A DNA stretch of 64,000 nt from Patescibacteria group bacterium (GCA_038064695.1 JBBTSO010000004.1:114165-178164); one strand, 5' to 3'. Counted from the stretch's first letter, positions 53,881 through 63,430 are shown. Notes: generated by a model from the sequence alone, not told the origin. Program-made: numbers and translations.

Positions 53881-53967
53881 TGTTGTATAATTAAACCCTA
53901 GTAAGGATGTGCAGAACATCCAGTCTCTCTTATAGAGAGATACGATACAATATAAACAAGCGTTGTT

Positions 53968-54798
53968 ATGGAAATTGAAGAACTAACTAAATCACAAATT
54001 ATTCTCCTCGTGCTCTTGGTGTCTTTCGTGACCTCAATTGCAACCGGCATTGTTACCGTGTCGCTTTTGGCGCAAGCTCCCCCGGCTATTACGCAAACCG
54101 TAAACCGTGTTATTGAGCGTACCGTGGAAACGGTGGTGCCGGCTGAGAACCAAACCGCAGCGGTGGTCACCAAAGAAACTACCGTCGTGGTTAAAGAAGA
54201 CGACCTCATCACTCAATCAATTACCAACTCTTTTGGTATAGTTGCGCGTATTCACGAAACAACCTCTACCTCATCGCCCATCCTTGCGCTTGGTGCGGTA
54301 GTGGGACAGGGTACATTGGTAACTGACGCGTCTATGGTTTCAGGCGAACACGCGGTGGTAATCGGCGGTGATACGTTTCGCTTCGTTGTGTCTGCAAAAA
54401 TTCCTGAGGCGGGGATCGCGCTTTTAACGGCAACGGGAACGGTGCCAAGCGTCTCTTCGTTCAAGTCAGTTGACGCGGGTTCTATAAAACTGGGACAAAC
54501 ACTGATTGGACTCTATGGCGCACGCAGTGATCGGGTGGCTATGAGCACGCTTTCAGGTGTGGGTGAGTTGGTGAAGGTGGGGAAAGGAGACGCGGCCAGT
54601 TCAGTGCGCGCCCTTGCAACAACCGTTGATGCCACCCTAACCCCCGGTACGCCACTCATTACTATTTTCGGAGAACTTGCGGGAATTTCAACAAATGTTT
54701 CAAGAAGTGATAGCCGCGGCTCTTTTGTTGCGTATAGCGACATCGCGAGCTACCTTTCAAAACCGGTCGCACCAACCGCTACCACTACACCACAATAA
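53968..54798 (+). CDS. Hypothetical membrane-anchored extracellular protein (276 aa)
   Basis: N-terminal TM helix, then a Thr/Val/Ser-rich beta-type composition. Confidence 0.4.
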   Translation: MEIEELTKSQIILLVLLVSFVTSIATGIVTVSLLAQAPPAITQTVNRVIERTVETVVPAENQTAAVVTKETTVVVKEDDLITQSITNSFGIVARIHETTSTSSPILALGAVVGQGTLVTDASMVSGEHAVVIGGDTFRFVVSAKIPEAGIALLTATGTVPSVSSFKSVDAGSIKLGQTLIGLYGARSDRVAMSTLSGVGELVKVGKGDAASSVRALATTVDATLTPGTPLITIFGELAGISTNVSRSDSRGSFVAYSDIASYLSKPVAPTATTTPQ

Positions 54799-54858
54799 GA
54801 AATAAAAATGTGGTGTAGTTTTTTTCACAATTAATTTGTTTTGGTATACACTGGATGT

Positions 54859-57552
54859 ATGCCACCTTTCAATAATTTCACGACGAAAGCAAAAGAAGCA
54901 GTTCGCAAAGCGCACGAACTTGCCATTGAGCGCGGGCAGAATCAAGTGACATCACTTCACATGGTGTTGGCGCTCATTTTGCAAGAAGAGTCACTCATTC
55001 TCTCTATTTTAGAGCGTCTCGACGTTGATACGGTGCTCCTTACGGACTCGCTCATTGAACTTTTAGAAATGCCACCCGCAGGTGGGACACTCTCACCGAG
55101 TTACCAACTCTACTTAACACCTGATCTCGCGCAAGCACTTGAAGGATCGGTAAAAATCGCGGCATCACTCGGCGAATCCTTCGTATCGGTAGAGCACATT
55201 TTCCTTGGCGCGCTGCAACACCCAGGTCCCGCAGCAGAAGTATTTAGTCGTTTCCGCATTGACCGCAACGCGGTGATGTCAGTTATGCAAGAGTTTAAGG
55301 CAGGACACACCACCGAGGTTGAAGCACCGAAAAAATTTCGCGCGTTGCCTAAATACACGAGGAATCTCACTAAACTTGCGAGTGAAAATAAATTAGACCC
55401 GGTTATTGGGCGCGATCCCGAAATTGCTCGCATCATACAAATTTTGTCTCGCCGCACTAAAAATAACCCAATGTTAATTGGTGAAGCAGGGGTGGGAAAA
55501 ACCGCCATTGCAGAAGGCCTCGCGCAGCGAATGGCAAGTAACGATGTCCCTGAGTCGTTAAAGAATAAAGAGTTGTTGACGCTTGACCTAGGGCTCTTGA
55601 TTGCGGGAACAAAGTATCGCGGAGAATTTGAAGAGCGTCTCAAAGCAATTATGAAAGAGGTAGAGAAGTCAGACGGGAAAGTCATTCTTTTTATTGATGA
55701 AATCCATACGTTGGTTGGCGCGGGAGCCGCTGAGGGCGCGATGGACGCATCAAATATGTTAAAGCCAGCGCTCGCGCGTGGCGACTTGCGCGTCATTGGT
55801 GCAACAACCTTGAAGGAGTATCAGCAACACATTGAGCGCGACCCTGCGCTCACGCGTCGCTTTCAACCCGTCCACGTGCAAGAACCATCAACGGAAGACG
55901 CGGTAGCTATTTTACGTGGGTTACGAGAAAAGTATGAACTTTACCACGGTGTCAGAATTACTGACGATGCTATCGTCGGCGCGGTAGAACTTTCCAGCCG
56001 CTACATTAGCGATCGGTTCCTTCCTGATAAAGCGGTCGATTTGATTGATGAAGCGGCGTCGGCACTTCGTATCGCGCTTGAAAATAAACCGGCAGCACTT
56101 GAAGAAACCGATCGAAAAATCCGTCGACTCGAAATTGAACTTGCCGCGCTCAAAAAAGACGAAGCGGAAGACTTAGGTAAAAATACTAAAACGCGGATTA
56201 AAGATATAGAAAAGGAAATTGTTGAGGTGCGTGAAAAAACCGCGGAGCTTGAAGTGAAGTGGAAAAATGAAAAAGAGGTTTTGAATGCGATAGGAAAGTT
56301 AAAGAAAGAAATTGATCAACTAAAAGCGGAGGCAGATGGCGCTGAGGCGAGGGCTGACTTGGCTCGTACAGCCGAAATTCGGTATGGGAAGTTGCCCGAC
56401 CTAGAAAAAGAACTTGAAAAAGAGTTAGGACGGTTAAAGCGTTTCCACCGTTCACGTCGCGTACTTAAAGAAGAGGTGACCGAGATTGATATTGCGGAAG
56501 TGGTGTCACGTTGGACGGGTGTTCCCGTATCACGCATGTTGGAAGCCGAAGCGCAAAAGCTGGCCCGCATGGAAGAGGAATTAAAAACTCAGGTGGTGGG
56601 GCAAGAGGACGCGGTACGACTCGTGTCAGACGCGGTGAAACGTTCTCGCGTTGGTATTGCAGACCCTAACAAACCCATTGGTTCGTTCCTTTTCCTAGGT
56701 CCTACGGGAGTGGGGAAGACAGAACTTTCAAAATCACTCGCGCGGTTTATGTTTGACGATGAGAACGCCATCATCCGTGTTGATATGTCTGAGTTTATGG
56801 AGAAGCATTCCGTGTCAAAAATGATTGGTTCGCCGCCCGGGTACGTAGGGCATGAAGAGGGAGGATCTTTGACTGAAAAAGTACGTCATCGACCGTACTC
56901 CGTTATTCTTTTTGACGAAATTGAAAAAGCGCACCCAGAAATATTCAACATTTTGTTGCAGGTTTTGGATAACGGCCAGTTAACTGACGCTAAGGGGCGA
57001 AGGGTGAACTTCAAAAATTCTATTGTTATCTTAACGAGCAACATCGGCGCGGAATTCATAGATAAAATGTCGTCGTTTGGTTTCTCGTCAGCACAAGGTG
57101 GAGACCATGGCGAATACGAGTTAGTGAAAGAAAAGGTGATGAGTAAACTCAAAGATTACTTTAGGCCGGAGTTCCTCAACCGCCTTGACGAAATTATTCT
57201 CTTCAACATTCTCTCGGAAGCAGCTATTCGTGACATTGTACAAATGCAAATTGAGATTGTAAAAAGTCGGCTTAAGGCAAAAGACATTGCGCTTGAGGTT
57301 ACGCCCGAAGTCTACGACTTTCTTGCAAAAGAAGGCTACAACCCACAGTACGGCGCGCGACCGCTGAAACGCCTCATTCAATCAAAAATCTTAACCCCCG
57401 TCGCCTCGTTTATGATTAGCCGCGGGGTAATGGAAGGTGGCGGCGTTACTGTCGGACTCCAGGGTAAAGAGTTTGTGTTTGATGTCGTCAAAAGCGCGCG
57501 TGCAAGTAAGCCACGTCGTCAGAAAACGGTCGCTGCTTCAAAAGCGGTCTAA
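54859..57552 (+). CDS. clpB: ATP-dependent chaperone ClpB (two AAA+ modules with a long coiled-coil M-domain)
   Basis: N-terminal Clp_N repeats, Walker A GEAGVGKT and GPTGVGKT, long coiled coil between NBD1 and NBD2, about 900 aa. Confidence 0.9.
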   Translation: MPPFNNFTTKAKEAVRKAHELAIERGQNQVTSLHMVLALILQEESLILSILERLDVDTVLLTDSLIELLEMPPAGGTLSPSYQLYLTPDLAQALEGSVKIAASLGESFVSVEHIFLGALQHPGPAAEVFSRFRIDRNAVMSVMQEFKAGHTTEVEAPKKFRALPKYTRNLTKLASENKLDPVIGRDPEIARIIQILSRRTKNNPMLIGEAGVGKTAIAEGLAQRMASNDVPESLKNKELLTLDLGLLIAGTKYRGEFEERLKAIMKEVEKSDGKVILFIDEIHTLVGAGAAEGAMDASNMLKPALARGDLRVIGATTLKEYQQHIERDPALTRRFQPVHVQEPSTEDAVAILRGLREKYELYHGVRITDDAIVGAVELSSRYISDRFLPDKAVDLIDEAASALRIALENKPAALEETDRKIRRLEIELAALKKDEAEDLGKNTKTRIKDIEKEIVEVREKTAELEVKWKNEKEVLNAIGKLKKEIDQLKAEADGAEARADLARTAEIRYGKLPDLEKELEKELGRLKRFHRSRRVLKEEVTEIDIAEVVSRWTGVPVSRMLEAEAQKLARMEEELKTQVVGQEDAVRLVSDAVKRSRVGIADPNKPIGSFLFLGPTGVGKTELSKSLARFMFDDENAIIRVDMSEFMEKHSVSKMIGSPPGYVGHEEGGSLTEKVRHRPYSVILFDEIEKAHPEIFNILLQVLDNGQLTDAKGRRVNFKNSIVILTSNIGAEFIDKMSSFGFSSAQGGDHGEYELVKEKVMSKLKDYFRPEFLNRLDEIILFNILSEAAIRDIVQMQIEIVKSRLKAKDIALEVTPEVYDFLAKEGYNPQYGARPLKRLIQSKILTPVASFMISRGVMEGGGVTVGLQGKEFVFDVVKSARASKPRRQKTVAASKAV

Positions 57553-57562
57553 ATAGTGTTAT

Positions 57563-57600
57563 TCTAGCTTTTAGTTGTTAGGTTTCTTTAGCAACTAGAC
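57563..57600. repeat. TAG-heptad repeat TTCTAGCTTTTAGTTGTTAGGTTTCTTTAGCAACTAGACC between clpB and tRNA-Tyr
   Basis: Contains the inverted pair TTAGTTGTTAG / CTTTAGCAACTAG. Confidence 0.55.
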
Positions 57601-57611
57601 CTATACGTAAT

Positions 57612-57695
57612 GCGTCGATGGCGGAGTGGTCAATCGCAACAGACTGTAAATCTGTCGCCCTACGGGCTACGGAGGTTCGAATCCTCCTCGGCGCA
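57612..57695 (+). tRNA. tRNA-Tyr (anticodon GTA), long variable arm
   Basis: Hand fold: acceptor GCGTCGA/TCGGCGC, anticodon loop CTGTAAA, T-loop TTCGAAT. Confidence 0.85.
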
Positions 57696-57857
57696 CAAAT
57701 TAAAAATCTGAACTCCCGTTCGGTATTTTAATTTGTGCCACACGAAGAAAGGTATTTGCATACCTTTCGTGGAGGATTCGAAGGTGGTTGAGCATATGAG
57801 CGAACGTAAGTGAAGCGAATGCGAAACCCGTACCGTTCCCGTAGGGAAGAAATCCTT

Positions 57858-58514
57858 CTACTTTGTTTTATATCGCCATGTGACTTCCGACACCGCGTCT
57901 CCTGATTTAAATGCAACAAGCACTTTTGGTTTAATACCCGTCTCTTTTTCTATCCGTTCGCTCCCGTCGTAATCTTCCTTTCGAGCAACGGCGAAAATAT
58001 CAAGAATTTCTACGCTTGCTTCTCGGAGGAGATGCACCATCGCAATAATGGTGCCACCGGTGTCTATCATATCTTCCACAATAACTGCCTTCTTTAGCTC
58101 CGGGGTAATGCCGTTTAAGTACAAACTACCCTTAGTGTAGGCGTTTCTAAAATCAACGTGGAGTTCGCCTTCAAACCCACTTGGGTTCCACTTGGTTAAG
58201 GTAAATGGTTTCTGCCACGGCACCGAAAAGAGGGAACAGATGTACCCACCACGATCTTCTTCACCAATCAAAAAGTCCGCATCAGCGTGATTTATAAGGT
58301 GCGATGCTTCATCAATAATTTGAGAAAGGAGTTCAGGGCGTGTAATAGGCACGTGGTCGGTGAGCGGGTTTACACAGTATTTTTTTCCCGAAACTACCTG
58401 AATCTGCCTGTTATGAAATGCATCGTGAATATGGTCTGTCGTGTTCATACAAATTCCATTGATAGTAACAGAGGAGTACCCTTTTTCAAAGGAATGATAT
58501 AGGATAGGAGACAC
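57858..58514 (-). CDS. Type I phosphoribosyltransferase (purine/pyrimidine PRT family)
   Basis: PRPP-binding motif VIVEDMIDTGGTII. Confidence 0.7.
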   Translation of the reverse strand: MSPILYHSFEKGYSSVTINGICMNTTDHIHDAFHNRQIQVVSGKKYCVNPLTDHVPITRPELLSQIIDEASHLINHADADFLIGEEDRGGYICSLFSVPWQKPFTLTKWNPSGFEGELHVDFRNAYTKGSLYLNGITPELKKAVIVEDMIDTGGTIIAMVHLLREASVEILDIFAVARKEDYDGSERIEKETGIKPKVLVAFKSGDAVSEVTWRYKTK

Positions 58515-58515
58515 T

Positions 58516-58800
58516 ATGGGACTTGCTCATGCGTATGAGAGAAAGAGTTTTTTACCAGCATTTAATTCTCCTGCAGGTCTTTTACTGATTTTTGGTGGAG
58601 CGTACATTGCGCTCAGTGCAGTATTAATGGGGATAGCAGAGTTTACCGAAAACCAGTCAGCGTTAGAGGAGATGGGGTATCATCGTTGTGCTTGCGAAAA
58701 TGAATATCACGATTGCTACGTTATTTTGACACCAATTTACCCGTTTCCAACCTGCGCTACATGCACCTTTGGACAATGCTATTTAAAATACCACGCGTAG
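58516..58800 (+). CDS. Hypothetical small membrane protein with a Cys/His-rich tail
   Basis: TM helix LLLIFGGAYIALSAVLMGIA. C-terminal HRCACENEYHDC .. CATCTFGQC. Weakly supported. Confidence 0.25.
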   Translation: MGLAHAYERKSFLPAFNSPAGLLLIFGGAYIALSAVLMGIAEFTENQSALEEMGYHRCACENEYHDCYVILTPIYPFPTCATCTFGQCYLKYHA

Positions 58801-58869
58801 TCCTACCTACTTTTTCATCTTCCACTTTAAACACGGGAAGGGAGTATTTGACAGGGTATACTGGACACT

Positions 58870-59814
58870 ATGAAAAAGGCACTTATTTTCTTAGGGGTGT
58901 TTCTGTTCCTTTTAGCTCCTGGAGTTGTGTTTGCAGAATCATTTTTAGGTCCGATTGTTCCCGTTGAAATCCAGGAAGGGGGTCCGTATCTACAGGGGTG
59001 TGATTTAGTTAAACTTTTTGACAGTGCTCTAAAATTTGCTGTTGGTTTCGCCACTATGGTTGCGACGTTGATGTTTGCCTACGCAGGGTTTCTGTATGTG
59101 ACGGCTGCATCAAAGCCGGAAAATTTAAATCAAGCTAAAAGTGTTTTTGGTAACGTCTTTACGGGATTCATCATCATTCTCATCGCGTGGCTCGTTGTTG
59201 ATCTTATTATGTCGGTGTTCGTTGATGAGAAAAAAATAGGACCGTGGAATCAAATTTCCTGCGTTGAAAGACCAGCTCAGCCATACTACCCAGACTCTGG
59301 AACAATAGATTCAAGTTTGCCAGGAGATCAAACGCAGTGGACTTTAGAGGATCAACAGCGCGCGAAACTTGCTGCCGCGGGCGTTCAATGGAATAACTCT
59401 CCTTGTACTGGTGGTGCTACGACTGGTTGCACCAATCTCGCTAGAACAAGTTCGGATACTATTGACTACGTCATTGAAACTAAAAAACAGTGTGACAGTG
59501 CAACCGGAAGTTCTTGTCAGGTGGTAGTTTCCGGTGGGAGCGAGGGCGGACACGCTGGGGGGTCTAACCCCGGTTCACATGGCGCGGGCGACAAGGTAGA
59601 TTTGCGGGCAACGCCAGATTTAAATAGCTACGTTGATAAACAAATTACCGCAGGGACATTCACGAAAGTAGAAGATCCAAAATTTGGAGAGAGTCAGTAC
59701 ATTGATACGAAAACGGGATCCGTGTGGACCTATGAAAAAGGTGATTCTGGCGAATATGATCACTACGATATCTGCACTTCAAACTGTGCTGCCCCCGCGG
59801 CTCAAGGGAGTTGA
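58870..59814 (+). CDS. Pilin-like protein 5: N-terminal module homologous to the 46876-48592 family fused to a about 200-aa extracellular Cys/Gly-rich domain
   Basis: Signal peptide ..VFA|[27 protein letters not shown] .. [22 protein letters not shown] parallels LLGAVIQIAFPIIVLFIVFIGF .. LLFWAIVGALLILGAQVLS of 46876. Confidence 0.5.
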   Translation: MKKALIFLGVFLFLLAPGVVFAESFLGPIVPVEIQEGGPYLQGCDLVKLFDSALKFAVGFATMVATLMFAYAGFLYVTAASKPENLNQAKSVFGNVFTGFIIILIAWLVVDLIMSVFVDEKKIGPWNQISCVERPAQPYYPDSGTIDSSLPGDQTQWTLEDQQRAKLAAAGVQWNNSPCTGGATTGCTNLARTSSDTIDYVIETKKQCDSATGSSCQVVVSGGSEGGHAGGSNPGSHGAGDKVDLRATPDLNSYVDKQITAGTFTKVEDPKFGESQYIDTKTGSVWTYEKGDSGEYDHYDICTSNCAAPAAQGS

Positions 59815-59846
59815 TTTTTGAACCTCTTTCAGGTAATATTGCTCAC

Positions 59847-60005
59847 ATGTCACAAGATAACCTCACTAAACTCAAATCTTCCGCTACGGGCCGGATTATC
59901 TGGACCCGTAAGAATAAGAAGAAACTTGCCAATCACAAATTGGAGCTAAAGAAGTACGACCCTGTTACTCGAAAACACGTTACCTATAAAGAGGTGAAGA
60001 AGTAA
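59847..60005 (+). CDS. rpmG: 50S ribosomal protein L33
   Basis: [52 protein letters not shown] aligned to L33 (..KLELKKFDPVVRQHVIYKE.K). Start at the ATG at 59847 rather than the ORF-track start at 59811. Confidence 0.8.
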   Translation: MSQDNLTKLKSSATGRIIWTRKNKKKLANHKLELKKYDPVTRKHVTYKEVKK

Positions 60006-60203
60006 GAAATCCTCGATTTCTTGCCTGCATCCTCGGCTCGGAAATAGAAATTATTCTATTTCTCTCGCCCTATGTCGCAGGTAGAAGCCCTTTGAAAAGG
60101 ACTTTTTTTAACGTACACTCATACATATTGGGCCTGATAGGCAAAGCTTGTAGGCCCATCGTTCGGGAAAAATGAAAATAAATTTTCATTTTCTTCCTCT
60201 CTC

Positions 60204-60276
60204 GGGCCTATAGTTCAATGGTAGAATTACGGTCTCCAAAACCGTCGATCATGGTTCGAATCCATGTGGGCCCGCC
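60204..60276 (+). tRNA. tRNA-Trp (anticodon CCA)
   Basis: Hand fold: acceptor GGGCCTA/TGGGCCC, anticodon loop CTCCAAA, T-loop TTCGAAT, 3' GCC. Confidence 0.85.
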
Positions 60277-60280
60277 TGAC

Positions 60281-60312
60281 TAAAAGCAGCACCTACGTGC
60301 TGTTTTTTTGTA
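60281..60312. terminator. Rho-independent terminator (AAAAGCAGCAC-CTA-CGTGCTGTTTTTTTG) after tRNA-Trp
   Basis: Perfect stem plus T7 tract. Confidence 0.6.
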
Positions 60313-60384
60313 CAGGCGGGGGTCGGAGCGATGTCGTCCATTTTGGACGAAACCTTCACCTGTCTATGCAGGGACGTATGCTAC

Positions 60385-60476
60385 CTGCTGTCGCATACGT
60401 CGGGTCGCGAGCACTTAGCATTTTACGAATTCTTGAAGTAAAATACTTAGTGACTCGTGACCGCCGACTAACGTAA
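60385..60476 (+). repeat. Copy B of the two-copy hairpin element (see 24930-25015); embeds a possible 36-aa ORF (60366..60476) MQGRMLPAVAYVGSRALSILRILEVKYLVTRDRRLT
   Basis: About 85% identity to copy A over about 60 bp, including the hairpin and the CGTGACCG tail. One compensatory G-C to A-T change in the stem. Confidence 0.5.
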
Positions 60477-60487
60477 AATATACAACT

Positions 60488-60874
60488 ATGGCAAAACCAA
60501 AATCAAAGGGAGGGTTCGGGCACATTATGGACGCGTTTGGCTACTCTCTCCAGGGGGTGACTGCCATGTGGAAGCGTGAGGAGTCTTTTCGCCTTGAAAT
60601 TATTATCTACTCTCCTTTCATTCTTGTCGCGTTGTTTCTTGGAGAAACGTACGTGGAAAAAGCGTTACTTATTGGCTCTGTGTTCTTTATTTTTTTTGCG
60701 GAACTTACTAACTCAGCAATTGAAGCGATTGTGGACCGCATAGGAGATGACATTCACCCGCTGTCTCGCATTGCAAAAGATTCTGGCTCGGCAGTGGTAA
60801 TGAGCGCGATGGTTATTTTTTGGCTTCTGTGGGTTGCGACTTTTGCAGACCGCTTTCTTCCTCGCTTTTTTTAA
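60488..60874 (+). CDS. dgkA: Diacylglycerol kinase / undecaprenol kinase family membrane protein
   Basis: ELTNSAIEAIVDRIG matches the DgkA signature. Three TM helices. The 3' end overlaps the miaA 3' end by about 60 nt. Confidence 0.8.
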   Translation: MAKPKSKGGFGHIMDAFGYSLQGVTAMWKREESFRLEIIIYSPFILVALFLGETYVEKALLIGSVFFIFFAELTNSAIEAIVDRIGDDIHPLSRIAKDSGSAVVMSAMVIFWLLWVATFADRFLPRFF

Positions 60875-61781
60875 GGAACGTCTCACATTCTTTGTATATG
60901 CGCGAGTAGTCTTCTTTCGGGTGAAACCACTGTATGTCTTTGTTTTTCTTAAACCACGTCATTTGCCTTTTTGCGTATCGGTAAATGTCTCGGCGAAGAT
61001 TTTCTTCCATTTCTTTCTCAGTAATTTCTCCTTTCAGTAGTTTTGCAAGGGCACGATATTCAAGTCCCAACGTTTCCATACGTTCATACGAAAGCCCACC
61101 CTGGTGGAGCGTATGCGCTTCTTTAACCATACCGTCGTTCATTCGTTCACGAAGCCGCTCAGCAATATTTTTTTTCAATTCCTCTCGAGGGAGTGTTAGC
61201 CCTATCCACAGTAAGTTGTAAGTTGTAGGTTGTAGGGTAGAGGCTTTGGGAGACAGTTTTCTGTGTGTAGGCGATGCATGAGCGATTTCAAGAGCGCGAA
61301 CGAGTCGGCGAGGGTTTTTTTGATCTACCGTTTCAAAGCGTGCAGGATTCATTTTTCTTAGCATTTTTTGTAGTACTTCCAGTGGTTGTTGTTCTAATTC
61401 AGCCCTCAGTTCTTGATTAGGGACAACTGATGCAAGCAATAGACGCCCCAGGAGCGCATCAATGTAGAAACCACTTCCGCCAACCACGAAAGGAATGTGA
61501 CTTCGCTCACGTATGTCGCGAAGTGCGCGTCCTCCGTCCTCAATAAAATCAGAGGCGGTGTACACCACTTTGGGATCGGCAACGTCAGTCAGGTGGTGGG
61601 GAATTCCCCTCGTTTCATTGGGTTTAATTTTCCCCGTTCCTAAATCCAGTCCGCGATAGACTTGTCGCGCGTCTCCCGAAACAACTTCACCGTGGAATGC
61701 CTCGGCAAGGTCAAGGGAAAGACCCGTTTTTCCTGATGACGTGGGGCCTACAATGCAGATCACATTCTCTAGTGGTACCAT
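60813..61781 (-). CDS. miaA: tRNA dimethylallyltransferase
   Basis: P-loop IVGPTSSGKTGLSLDLA, and the DSRQVYRGLDIGT-type motif (DARQVYRGLDLGT). Confidence 0.85.
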   Translation of the reverse strand: MVPLENVICIVGPTSSGKTGLSLDLAEAFHGEVVSGDARQVYRGLDLGTGKIKPNETRGIPHHLTDVADPKVVYTASDFIEDGGRALRDIRERSHIPFVVGGSGFYIDALLGRLLLASVVPNQELRAELEQQPLEVLQKMLRKMNPARFETVDQKNPRRLVRALEIAHASPTHRKLSPKASTLQPTTYNLLWIGLTLPREELKKNIAERLRERMNDGMVKEAHTLHQGGLSYERMETLGLEYRALAKLLKGEITEKEMEENLRRDIYRYAKRQMTWFKKNKDIQWFHPKEDYSRIYKECETFLKKSEEESGLQKSQPTEAKK

Positions 61782-61822
61782 GTAGTGATAGTATAGACGT
61801 ATATTAAAAATCACAAAGACCT

Positions 61823-62464
61823 ATGGCGAAACACGATGACGTACACGAGGAGGAAATGAGCGGCTTTGTTAGCTTAATAAAAGTGGGGCACCCAGTCCCT
61901 GATTTTGAATTTGAAGTATTTCACAAAGAAAAAGTATCGTCCATGCGCTTTTCAGACTTGAAAGGGAAGTGGGTTATTCTCTTTTTCTACCCCGCCGATT
62001 TCACTTTCGTGTGTCCTACGGAGTTGGAAGAACTCGCAAACTGTTATGAGGAGTGCACGGGACTTGACGCAGAAATTGTTTCTGTATCAACTGATACGGT
62101 GTTTACACACAAAGCGTGGCACGACACCTCACCCGCAATTAAGAAAATTAATTTCCCTATGGCTGCGGATCCTTCAGGAAAACTCTCTATTGCTTTTGGT
62201 ACGTACATTGAAAGTGAATCACTGAATCACGTAGAGGATGAGGGACTCTCACTTCGTGGGACATTTATTATTGACCCTGACGGTATTCTTCGCGCTATGG
62301 AGGTCAATGACAACTCCATCGGTCGCTCAGCGCGCGAGTTGGTGCGAAAACTGAAAGCCGCTCAGTACGTACGCGCGCACGGTGGTCAGGTATGTCCTGC
62401 AAGTTGGGAAGAGGGTGATGATACTTTGAAGGGTGGCGACCTTTCACTCGTGGGGAAGATATAA
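61823..62464 (+). CDS. Peroxiredoxin (AhpC/TSA family, 2-Cys type)
   Basis: Peroxidatic Cys motif FTFVCPTEL. Resolving Cys near the C-terminus (VCPASW). Confidence 0.85.
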   Translation: MAKHDDVHEEEMSGFVSLIKVGHPVPDFEFEVFHKEKVSSMRFSDLKGKWVILFFYPADFTFVCPTELEELANCYEECTGLDAEIVSVSTDTVFTHKAWHDTSPAIKKINFPMAADPSGKLSIAFGTYIESESLNHVEDEGLSLRGTFIIDPDGILRAMEVNDNSIGRSARELVRKLKAAQYVRAHGGQVCPASWEEGDDTLKGGDLSLVGKI

Positions 62465-62504
62465 GGGGACAGCATTCAGCAATGAGCATTCAGTCTTCCT
62501 GGAG

Positions 62505-62532
62505 AGTGGCTAGTTGTTAGTTTTTAGTGTAG
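62505..62532. repeat. TAG-heptad repeat GAGTGGCTAGTTGTTAGTTTTTAGTGTAGC between convergent prx and pyrF
   Basis: Same word family (TGGCTAG, TTGTTAG, TTTTTAG). Confidence 0.5.
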
Positions 62533-63175
62533 CAAGAATATCCTCAAGCGCCTGACGTGGGTCAGGTGCTTTTGTTATGGGGCGACCAATCACTAGTAGG
62601 TTGGCGCCTTCTACGACTGCTTCGCGCGCGGTCATGGTGCGTTTCTGATCGTCAGTTGTTTTTACTTCTCGGATACCAGGAGTGATAACGTTGAGTGTGG
62701 AGTTTACTTGTTTCACTATGTTAATTTCATGAGGAGAACATACTATGTTTTTTACACCAGCCTCAGAGGCAAGGGTGCTGAGTCGGCGAACCATCTCTTC
62801 CGCGGACGCGTTATAGGTGTGCGCAACCTCTTGCTCATCTAACGAAGTGAGAATGGTAATAGCGGTGATTTTGTCGCCTCCCTGCTTTACGGCCTCTTTC
62901 AACATTTCAACTCCTCCTGACGCGTGTACGGTAATTAAATCAGCGCCTTTTTCAACGAGCGCGTGAACCTCAGCACCTACGGTGGTGGGAGTATCGTGAA
63001 ATTTGAAATCAACAAATACTTTGCCGAATTTTTTAAACTCTTGAATAAGTCCAAAGCCCTCTCGAAGAATATGTTCGTGTATTTTATACCCCCACACTAG
63101 TCCTTGTGTTTCTTCAGCGAGTGACAACGCTTCCTTAGTGGTTAATCCGTCAAGCGCAATAATTATGTTTTTCAT
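62510..63175 (-). CDS. pyrF: Orotidine 5'-phosphate decarboxylase
   Basis: IIALDGL .. KIHEHI .. DFKFHDTPTTV .. ILTSL .. ITPGIR .. LVIGRPI, matching the ODCase active-site motifs. Confidence 0.8.
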   Translation of the reverse strand: MKNIIIALDGLTTKEALSLAEETQGLVWGYKIHEHILREGFGLIQEFKKFGKVFVDFKFHDTPTTVGAEVHALVEKGADLITVHASGGVEMLKEAVKQGGDKITAITILTSLDEQEVAHTYNASAEEMVRRLSTLASEAGVKNIVCSPHEINIVKQVNSTLNVITPGIREVKTTDDQKRTMTAREAVVEGANLLVIGRPITKAPDPRQALEDILATLKTNN

Positions 63176-63195
63176 AGTGCCCAGGGAGGGAATCG
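63176..63195 (-). repeat. 20-bp direct duplicate of the tRNA-Leu(CAA) 3' end (plus strand AGTGCCCAGGGAGGGAATCG), 149 bp from the tRNA; att-like scar
   Basis: Identical to 63345-63364, which overlaps the tRNA 3' end. Begins 1 nt upstream of the pyrF start codon. Confidence 0.6.
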
Positions 63196-63346
63196 GTCAC
63201 TGATAATTTTACTACGTAAAATTTCATCGACCCCGCCTCGACAGCGTCCCGATAACGGGACGGCTTTGCGTCTCCGGCTTTCTCCTCCCCCTATGGTAGC
63301 AAAATAATAGTCGCCGAACACGTTCGTGTCCGGCTCGTTTATTTAG

Positions 63347-63430
63347 TGCCCAGGGAGGGAATCGAACCCTCATGACCTTGCGATCGCAGGATTTTGAGTC
63401 CTGTGCGTCTACCAATTCCGCCACCTGGGC
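63347..63430 (-). tRNA. tRNA-Leu (anticodon CAA)
   Basis: Hand fold: acceptor GCCCAGG/CCTGGGC, D-arm GCGGAATTGGTAGACGC, anticodon loop CTCAAAA, long variable arm, T-loop TTCGATT. Confidence 0.8.

Noticed and set aside
55110-55796. 228-aa minus-strand ORF
   Set aside because: Antisense shadow ORF inside clpB, whose own frame has unmistakable AAA+ motifs.
60813-60874. 62-bp 3'-3' overlap of dgkA and miaA
   Set aside because: This could indicate a frameshift or sequencing error, but both C-termini read as plausible protein and tail-to-tail overlaps occur in compact genomes. It is not called a pseudogene.
61205-61232. Three tandem heptads AGTTGTA-AGTTGTA-GGTTGTA resembling the intergenic heptad repeats
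   Set aside because: They lie inside the well-supported miaA coding frame, encoding ..LQPTTYNLLW.. on the minus strand. They are probably a coincidental coding repeat, though they could be a heptad block that was incorporated into the gene.
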